A DNA stretch of 64,000 nucleotides, taken from the NCBI GenBank assembly GCA_001792345.1, contig MGGJ01000001.1:292688-356687 (forward strand). Reading direction: 5' to 3'. Below the pieces are notes generated by a model. That model had not been told where the DNA came from. It worked only from the letters and a program-made list of their open reading frames with translations, and ran no database searches. A program made the translations under genes and the position numbers. Origin of the DNA: Candidatus Woesebacteria bacterium RIFCSPHIGHO2_01_FULL_39_32. Lineage in GTDB: Bacteria; Patescibacteriota; Microgenomatia; UBA8517. The first letter of the stretch is position 1, and each line of letters begins with the position of its first letter. Below, one piece after another: positions 1 to 6,768 of this stretch.

Positions 1-851
1 TTTTCTCTTTTCTCGGGAAATTTTTCAAAATACGTTTCAATGACCTGCTCAGTTGTAAACCAACCGGCTAATGTCTGGACTATTTCATATACCTCTTTGG
101 TTAGACTTTTCATTCTGCCTCTGGTGCTTGGTGTTGGAGAAGGCGGTTCAACCGGGTGGTCCCGGAAAAGACTATACATTTTATAGGGTTTGTCAAAACC
201 CTTGCTTTGAAAGCTGATTACGTTATCGCGTGCAAGCTCATTAATATGATTGCTTAACTGGCCATAAACACCGATATTTAATCTGTCATGAAGGTCCTTC
301 CACGTTATCGGTTGATCAGATGTAGCCAATTCCCAAAAAATTTGAAGCCTAAGGGTCGGTGTTCTGAATTTATAATCTACCGTCCCGATTGAACTTTTTG
401 CCTGTACGGGTTTTGCGTTCGATGAAGTCCCTCCGAATAATTCGCTTAAAGAAATTTCCGAATACCTCTCTGAAAAGGCTAATAATAATCCTGCAAGGGG
501 ATTGCCGATTCTTTCGCCATATCCCGTTTTGGTATATCCATATTCAGTGCCGTTCTCATTTAAAGTTTCCAAAGCTACTAGGCCGATTGGCGATAATGAA
601 TTTTTACAATACCCAAAGGCGTTATTAGTTGACATATTCCAGCCTATGTTATTTCCCTGTAATGCCTTCATTGATTGCTGTAAGTCATATGATGAATATA
701 AAAAACCGACATCCATGGCAATTAATGTAGCTGCTTTTGCTTCATTGTTACCGAAAGCAGATATTAAATTACCCACTTCCTCGGCAGTAAGCCTATCGGG
801 TTTGGCTGTTTTTTCCAGCGACAAAAATGTGGCGACATCAATTTCTTTCAC
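1..851 (-). CDS. Hypothetical protein, runs off the window edge, probably tandem winged-helix domains
   Basis: Not in the ORF track because no stop lies in the window. Manual translation from GTG 851 stays open to position 1: MKEIDVATFLSLEK...RTPTLRLQIFWELATSDQPITWKDLHDRLNIGVYGQLSNHINELARDNVISF..., a wHTH-like pattern. Confidence 0.7.
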   Translation of the reverse strand, partial: MKEIDVATFLSLEKTAKPDRLTAEEVGNLISAFGNNEAKAATLIAMDVGFLYSSYDLQQSMKALQGNNIGWNMSTNNAFGYCKNSLSPIGLVALETLNENGTEYGYTKTGYGERIGNPLAGLLLAFSERYSEISLSELFGGTSSNAKPVQAKSSIGTVDYKFRTPTLRLQIFWELATSDQPITWKDLHDRLNIGVYGQLSNHINELARDNVISFQSKGFDKPYKMYSLFRDHPVEPPSPTPSTRGRMKSLTKEVYEIVQTLAGWFTTEQVIETYFEKFPEKRE

Positions 852-975
852 AACACGTATTATATCGTTATTGTGCAAACCAATTTATATCTTTCGTAAC
901 AGCTTGCAATTCTGAACTGAAAGCAAACTATCTGAAGCTGGAATTGCTATGATTTTTGTAAATAGTGGTAAGTTT

Positions 976-1546
976 TTAAATGGAAGGCTGTTCCGGAACT
1001 TCGATTTTTGAACCCACTGAAATTATTCCGCCGTTTAAAACTTTGACTCTAAGTCCTCCTCTACTTAAAAAAACTTTAACAAATGCCTGTTGCTCTACAA
1101 TCGGTCTTCCCGAAAGTTGGCCTAGCCTTAGGCAAGGTGTACATGGATCCATTCCTACAACTACAACCTCTCCTATTTTGAATACTTTATCTTTTAAAGA
1201 AGATAATTCTTGATTAGGAATATCTGCAACGATACTCCTGCGCAAATCACCCCATTCGTATGGCCCGAAACCTCCTTTTGTCAACTCTATATTGCCTTCT
1301 GCGATTGCCTGAGAAGAAATAATAACCAATCCTCGATCCTCATCAGGTATTCTTTTACACGAATAAAATCCGCTTTGAGGGTAGCGGTCGCCTTCAAACC
1401 CACCGTTAATTTGCCATAACATTCTCTTGGCTCACCATTGGTTCACCAGCCGTTGGGCTCGTAAAAATAGCAAGAATTTGCATAGTTGGTGAATACTCTT
1501 CCGGTGTTACACCTTTTTCAGATGAAATATATCTGTCTTTTGACAT
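976..1546 (-). pseudogene. MOSC-domain protein split by a single-base frameshift at ~1406-1412 (pseudogene or assembly error)
   Basis: The upstream frame ATG 1546 to TAA 1406 gives QILAIFTSPTAGEPMVSQENVMA (MOSC N-terminus). The second frame continues INGGFEGDRY...RRSIV...PCTPC...RGGLRVKVLNGGIISVG. Deleting one A from GCAAATTAAC joins the two frames. Confidence 0.75.
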
Positions 1547-1683
1547 TCTGGTATTTTACTGTATTAAGGATTTAAGTACAAAAAATTAATACGTAGGACC
1601 CCATTCAGATTCAAAAAGCATTCAAACTTCTTGGGGTGAAGTGAATTTTCTGAAGATGAATTTTCAAGAAAACAAGAATTGCA

Positions 1684-2277
1684 CTAGTCTTCGAAGTTTG
1701 GAGGGAAGCCGAATTCATTCATGATATATTTGTCTACTGATAGGAAACCAAATCCCGTAATTTGATTTTTTGCTATCTCATCTTTTAAATCTTCCCGCAT
1801 CAGAGGAATATAAACTTTGTCCAAAAGTACTAGGGGTTTTTGGTCAAACTTCGAGTAATCAAGAATTAACTTTTTAATTCTTGGTCTATTGTCTTTATCA
1901 AAGCTTGAGGCTTTCTCGTCAATTCCATCCTGAACACCCTCTAAAAGATGGAAAGCAAAATACTCCAAACCCAGCAATTCTTTTTTGCTTTTATCTACCA
2001 TTTTTACAGGAAATTTTTCAAATTTAGTATCGTATTTTTCCATGAGGTCTATTAGTCTTTTGGAATAGAGTGTAAAACCGTGGGAACCTACGTAATTATC
2101 CGGGGGAGTAAACCTGGGATTTATTTGGTATGTTAGTTCGAAATTTACTCCAAAAGGTTCGTCTTGCATTGGACTTTTAATTACCGGCATTTTGCTTAAA
2201 AGTTTTGCCTGTCTTATGCCTCCTCCAGATGTGTAAATATTTGTTTGGTAAACAAAATATTTAGGTCTGCCTTTCAT
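1684..2277 (-). CDS. Imm11/DUF1629-like putative toxin-immunity protein
   Basis: Pattern PD...LYSKRLIDL...FPVKM...YFAFHLL..DGIDEKAS...IKKLILD...LMREDLKDEIAKNQITGFGF resembles the Imm11/DUF1629 family. Confidence 0.6.
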   Translation of the reverse strand: MKGRPKYFVYQTNIYTSGGGIRQAKLLSKMPVIKSPMQDEPFGVNFELTYQINPRFTPPDNYVGSHGFTLYSKRLIDLMEKYDTKFEKFPVKMVDKSKKELLGLEYFAFHLLEGVQDGIDEKASSFDKDNRPRIKKLILDYSKFDQKPLVLLDKVYIPLMREDLKDEIAKNQITGFGFLSVDKYIMNEFGFPPNFED

Positions 2278-2350
2278 ACGATTATTTTACTCTATTTAGC
2301 TTCAATAAGCATTCGAGTTCAGTTAGAAACATAGGTTTTATGAGAATAAA

Positions 2351-2905
2351 TCAAATCTTAATCATTTCAAATGCGATGCCGGATGTTTTGGCCGTTAGCT
2401 CGTCGTTGGTGGAGTTGCCGACCATTATAAAATCTTTTAAGTTTTCTCCATTCAATATTTTCTGGATTCCCTCAATATCAGGTTTTATAAGAAGTACGTC
2501 ATCCCGTGCAATTATTTGTTCAAACTTATCATAAATGCCATATTTTTTTAAAAGTCCATCCACAAGTTTGTGATTATTACTGGTCAACACAAAATTTCTG
2601 ACGTCTTTTCTTGTTTTAATATAGTCAATAAGTTTTGTATTCGGCAAAACATTTTCGATATTTTCAATTTCATAAGTTTCATTCATCGAGCAGATTTTAT
2701 CCCTTAAAGATTTACCGTACTTTTTTACGTAATCGTTTTGAATATTATTCACCAAGCCTTCTTTCTCAAATGTAGGTTCATGTTCCTTAATAAAAGCTTT
2801 AACCCTGTCATGCCATCCTTTCCAATCCAGATCAAACTTAAAGAGTGTGCCGTCAAAGTCATAAATTATGTTTTTGTAGCTATTCAAAAGTTTAAAATTA
2901 TTCAT
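2351..2905 (-). CDS. HAD-superfamily hydrolase (IA)
   Basis: DFDGTL motif I, LTSN motif II, KPD and MVGNSTND motifs III/IV. Confidence 0.9.
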   Translation of the reverse strand: MNNFKLLNSYKNIIYDFDGTLFKFDLDWKGWHDRVKAFIKEHEPTFEKEGLVNNIQNDYVKKYGKSLRDKICSMNETYEIENIENVLPNTKLIDYIKTRKDVRNFVLTSNNHKLVDGLLKKYGIYDKFEQIIARDDVLLIKPDIEGIQKILNGENLKDFIMVGNSTNDELTAKTSGIAFEMIKI

Positions 2906-2940
2906 TATGTTTGTATTCTACTATTCTGAAACTAATTATT

Positions 2941-3273
2941 CTATTTTAAAGTGAGTTGTGAGTAGTGAGAAGTTGGTTTTAAGTAGGAAAAAGTAAAAAA
3001 TAATGAAGATTTATTAACTATCTGGAACTTAATACTAAATTCTTGTCTTTTTTTGTATGCCTCGATAAGTTCTCTTGCTCCCACTTCACCTATAACATCT
3101 GTTAGCAGATGTTGAACAACATCGTAATCGGGATACCTCTGATCTAACATATTCCTTGCATCGTTGATGGGCGGCATTACTGCATTAAGGTCATCTGAAG
3201 CCTCTCCGGGAAGCAATTTTACTCGAATATTGGGCTTCTTATCAGATTCACCAAAATATATTTCCGGAGCCAT
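2941..3273 (-). CDS. Hypothetical protein
   Basis: 110-aa ORF with a -10-like box just upstream. The C-terminus is encoded by a 7-nt repeat tract. Confidence 0.5.
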   Translation of the reverse strand: MAPEIYFGESDKKPNIRVKLLPGEASDDLNAVMPPINDARNMLDQRYPDYDVVQHLLTDVIGEVGARELIEAYKKRQEFSIKFQIVNKSSLFFTFSYLKPTSHYSQLTLK

Positions 3274-3320
3274 TGGCGTATTTTACTCCCTTTATCTCCA
3301 AAAAGCATTTAGGATTGGTT

Positions 3321-3342
3321 GTCCTTCGACTTCGCTCAGGAT
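3321..3342. repeat. REP-like palindrome, copy 1
   Basis: GTCCTTCGACTTCGCTCAGGAT; near-identical copies at 40093, 42932, 46555 and 57306. Confidence 0.8.
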
Positions 3343-3394
3343 AAATAAATGGTGGGTTGTAAGTTGCAGGGTGTGGGAAATTGAAAGGAAGTAG

Positions 3395-3532
3395 TTATTT
3401 TTTACTTTTTCTGACTTTGAAAAATTTCATTAGAAGTGCCGCTAATGATCCAATAACAACGACGGCCTCTAAAATTTTCATTAAACCGGAGGTTTGTCTT
3501 TTGGCTTTTTTCTTTTTCACCTTCCTGCTCAT
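3395..3532 (-). CDS. Small basic single-pass membrane protein (45 aa)
   Basis: Manual translation MSRKVKKKKAKRQTSGLMKILEAVVVIGSLAALLMKFFKVRKSKK; below the ORF-track length cut-off. Confidence 0.55.
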   Translation of the reverse strand: MSRKVKKKKAKRQTSGLMKILEAVVVIGSLAALLMKFFKVRKSKK

Positions 3533-3656
3533 GTCTATATATAGAATAGACATTTAGGATATTATTCGTCAAGATCGTAAAAACAATCCACTTACGTTTG
3601 ATATCAGATATAAGAAGTAGGAAGTAAGTATTTTGAAAGTTCTGTATAATAAGATT

Positions 3657-3971
3657 ATGAAAGTAAATATTAGGCTTATCTATCTTTACTTATTTTCTGC
3701 AGTAGGATTGATTGTAAGCGTTATCGGGAGTGTTCGTTTGGTTGATTTGGGTCTGAAGGTAATAGTTTTCCAGGGAGCAGATAGATACGAGTATTACGCA
3801 CCAAAGCTCGACGGAGAAACCGTAGATCAAGAAGAACAAAGGTTGGTTCAAGAAAGAGAGACCACGAGGCAAAGACAAAGAGAGCTTTCAGGATCAATGG
3901 CGATGATTGTAGTTGGACTTCCACTTTATCTTTATCATTGGAAAACTATACAAAAAGAGAATAAGAGTTAA
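3657..3971 (+). CDS. Small two-TM membrane protein (DUF5671-like)
   Basis: IRLIYLYLFSAVGL...AMIVVGLPLYLYHW. ATG 3657 lies just after TGTATAAT. Confidence 0.7.
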   Translation: MKVNIRLIYLYLFSAVGLIVSVIGSVRLVDLGLKVIVFQGADRYEYYAPKLDGETVDQEEQRLVQERETTRQRQRELSGSMAMIVVGLPLYLYHWKTIQKENKS

Positions 3972-3985
3972 ACTTTACCGAAAGA

Positions 3986-5821
3986 TTAAGCAGATAAAAA
4001 TTGATCGTTTGGTTTTCTTGAAACCCTTCTTCTTTCCAATTCAGTTAAGTGCTTTTTCCTTAAACGAAGAAACTTGGGTGTAATTTCCAAAAGTTCATCT
4101 TTTTCCAAAAAATCCAAAGATTGCTCGAGTGATAGCGTTGTCGCCGGAGTTAATTGAATTACCCCGTCGGATGATTTCGATCTCATATTGGTAAGCTTTT
4201 TTCCTTTACAGACATTTACCGCCATATCTTCATCTTTGGCATTAATTCCCACAATCATACCTTCGTAAACCTTTGTTCCCGGATCAATAAATGTTATTCC
4301 TCTACCTTGCGCGTTTTCCAAGCCATAGGAAAGTGCAACACCACTTTGGCTTGCAATTAATGCACCCTTTCTCATTTTGGGAAGAGTTTTTCCGATCTTT
4401 TCACTCCCGACAATTACCGAATTATAAACAATTGTTCCCTTTGTTTGCGTAAGAAGGAAACTCCTGAGTCCTATAAGAACCCTTGTCGGTGCATGATAAA
4501 TAAACTCAGTTGCTGCATCATTTATCGGCTCCATCTTTATTAATTTTGCCAATCTTTTACCGAACTCTTCGGTTATGATCCCAATGAATTCTCCGGGTAC
4601 AATTACAGAAACTTCTTCAATCGGTTCCGTAACAACTCCTTCGGTTTCGCGCAGTATTACTTCCGGTTTACTCACTTCCAGCTCATATCCTTCGCGTCGG
4701 AGTGTTTCTAGAAGAATTGATAAATGCAGCTCCCCCCTTCCAGCAACAGTTAATTTTCCGTTTCCTATTTTTTCGACCCTAAGACTGAGATTACTTTCCA
4801 GTTCTTTTACAAGTCTTTCTTCAATTTGCCTACTGGTGGTAAATGTTCCTTCCCGGCCTGAAAAAGGGGAGGTGTTGGCTCCAACCTCGATATGAAGAGT
4901 AGGTTCACTTATGACAACTTGGGGAAGGGGACTAGGATCGACCGGGTCCGATACGGTGCTGCCTATTTTTATATCGTTAATACCTGAAAAAGCGACAATT
5001 TCACCGACTGAAGCATCTTCCGTTTCCACTCTTTTCAGTCCTTCAAAAATCGTAATCTTTTCAATAGTTCTTATTCTGGTAGGTTCATCTGTTAGAATAA
5101 CTTTCATTCCTTTTTTAGCACTCCCGCTATATATTTTTCCGATAGCAATTCTACCCAAATGGGAGTCATAATCCAGTGAGCTTATACTTATCTTAAAGCT
5201 TCCGGCATTATATTTCGGTGCAGGTACACTAGAAAGAATTGCCTCGAGAAGGGGTATAATACTGCCATCTGACTCCGGATTTTCAGGAAGCGCTTCAAAG
5301 ACAACTCCGCGTCTTCCGATTGCATACAAAACGGCAAAATCCAGTTGTGCTTGATGGCTAGCCAATTCCAAAAACAGAGACTCAACCTTATTTAGAGTAA
5401 CTTCAGGCCGAGCCAATTTTTTGTCAATCTTATTGATAACTACAATTATTTTTAAACCCAGATCAAGTGCTTTTTTGAGAACGAATCTTGTCTGCGGCAT
5501 AGGTCCGTCAGCGGCATCTACTATTAATAGCGCTCCGTCTGCCATGCCCAGAGTTCTTTCGACTTCGCCCGAAAAATCCGCGTGACCCGGGGTATCAATA
5601 ATATTTATTTTGGTATTTTTGTACCTAATTGAGCAGTTTTTGGCCAAAATTGTTATCCCACGCTCACGCTCGAGCTCATTAGAATCCATTATTTGTGTTT
5701 GAGCCATTTCCTTCTGGTTATCCCGAAATACATGAGTTTGCTTCAATAGGGCATCAACCAAGGTTGTTTTGCCATGGTCAACGTGGGCAATTACGGCAAT
5801 GTTTCGTATATCGGTATTCAT
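3986..5821 (-). CDS. typA: Translational GTPase TypA/BipA
   Basis: IRNIAVIAHVDHGKTTLVD, ERERGITILAKN, DTPGHADF, GRGELHLSIL, KKLTNMRS. Confidence 0.97.
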   Translation of the reverse strand: MNTDIRNIAVIAHVDHGKTTLVDALLKQTHVFRDNQKEMAQTQIMDSNELERERGITILAKNCSIRYKNTKINIIDTPGHADFSGEVERTLGMADGALLIVDAADGPMPQTRFVLKKALDLGLKIIVVINKIDKKLARPEVTLNKVESLFLELASHQAQLDFAVLYAIGRRGVVFEALPENPESDGSIIPLLEAILSSVPAPKYNAGSFKISISSLDYDSHLGRIAIGKIYSGSAKKGMKVILTDEPTRIRTIEKITIFEGLKRVETEDASVGEIVAFSGINDIKIGSTVSDPVDPSPLPQVVISEPTLHIEVGANTSPFSGREGTFTTSRQIEERLVKELESNLSLRVEKIGNGKLTVAGRGELHLSILLETLRREGYELEVSKPEVILRETEGVVTEPIEEVSVIVPGEFIGIITEEFGKRLAKLIKMEPINDAATEFIYHAPTRVLIGLRSFLLTQTKGTIVYNSVIVGSEKIGKTLPKMRKGALIASQSGVALSYGLENAQGRGITFIDPGTKVYEGMIVGINAKDEDMAVNVCKGKKLTNMRSKSSDGVIQLTPATTLSLEQSLDFLEKDELLEITPKFLRLRKKHLTELERRRVSRKPNDQFLSA

Positions 5822-5832
5822 AATTCTCCAAC

Positions 5833-5880
5833 AAAAAACCCGACCTCTTATAACTTAATCGGGTAATGACTATTATATCA
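5833..5880 (-). promoter_or_regulatory. Extended -10 (TGATATAAT) followed by a hairpin plus U-tract ahead of the typA RBS
   Basis: Minus strand: TGATATAAT-AGTCATT-ACCCGATT..GGTCGGGT-TTTTT-GTTGGAGAATT-ATG. Confidence 0.55.
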
Positions 5881-5897
5881 GATCTGAAGACAGATTT

Positions 5898-6437
5898 TTA
5901 GTAAGCTTCAGCACAGGGGAAAATCATCAGGCAGACAATATCTTTATTGGAGGAACATCGACAAGGATTATGGGGAGGCGTAATTGGTGGATCTGGAGGA
6001 ACTATAACGGGCGGTTCTATTGGTATGACTTCAGGCGGACCTAAAAATTCAGGTTGATCTTTAATTGGTGTTGGCTCTGGGGGTGGAACAATTTCACCTT
6101 CGGCTGCCCCTGGTTCGCAAAGATTACCGCTACAGGGTACTAAAACAGGAGAGTGGTCTACTCCTTGATTTGAGACATTAATAATTACACTTTCGCTTTC
6201 GGTATTGTATGCCTTAACTTTATAGGTATCTTCATTCTCGTTATTTTCATGTTGGGATTCACTGTCCGGTTCTTCATCTTGCTCTAATTCTTCTTGATAA
6301 AAAGCCGTCGGTGTAACTGAAATTATTGGAAAATTTTCTTCAAGCTTTTCAAAAACTATAGTTTTGTCAGGATCATTTGCTACAGAGGGATTAAGAGAAA
6401 GTATAAGTATAAGAAGAGATGCTAGAAATTCGAGCAT
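5898..6437 (-). CDS. Secreted or membrane-anchored acidic, proline-rich protein
   Basis: N-terminal hydrophobic signal, Glu/Pro-rich body, Cys-rich C-terminus. Confidence 0.7.
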   Translation of the reverse strand: MLEFLASLLILILSLNPSVANDPDKTIVFEKLEENFPIISVTPTAFYQEELEQDEEPDSESQHENNENEDTYKVKAYNTESESVIINVSNQGVDHSPVLVPCSGNLCEPGAAEGEIVPPPEPTPIKDQPEFLGPPEVIPIEPPVIVPPDPPITPPHNPCRCSSNKDIVCLMIFPCAEAY

Positions 6438-6542
6438 AGTTTAATACTATAGAAATATTTATATGTAGATAATAAAGATACTTCGTAAGATTGTCAAGCA
6501 TTCTAGTATTTCTAATTTGGTGATTCGTGATATAATTAACTT

Positions 6543-6719
6543 ATCATCAAAAACAATCTTCCGTTAGAAAAGCTTATCGATCTATTCCTACAGAAAGGTG
6601 GAAAGATTAATAAATTCTATCTTGCACAGACACACAGAAGGGGACCCTCTTTAGTATATTTCAAAGGTTGGCATAGCGGTTCTAATGTAAGAGACGCAAT
6701 TCTGAAAGCCCTTCAATAA
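6543..6719 (+). CDS. Putative 58-aa protein with a non-canonical ATC start
   Basis: Open frame IIKNNLPLEKLIDLFLQKGGKINKFYLAQTHRRGPSLVYFKGWHSGSNVRDAILKALQ begins 7 nt after TGATATAAT. An in-frame TAA at 6537 excludes an upstream start. Confidence 0.4.
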   Translation: MIKNNLPLEKLIDLFLQKGGKINKFYLAQTHRRGPSLVYFKGWHSGSNVRDAILKALQ

Positions 6720-6768
6720 TTCTTTGTTTCTTCAAAAATACATTTCACTGTTGTACAATTAGCTTCAT

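Noticed and set aside
389-915. Plus-strand ORFs 389-628 and 502-915
   Set aside because: They are shadows of the long minus-strand ORF 851 to <1. Most other short antisense ORFs in the track were likewise rejected as shadows of recognisable genes.
6440-6768. T-box riboswitch upstream of ileS
   Set aside because: No T-box consensus (AAnnnGGGTGGnACC) and no terminator; ileS appears near-leaderless.
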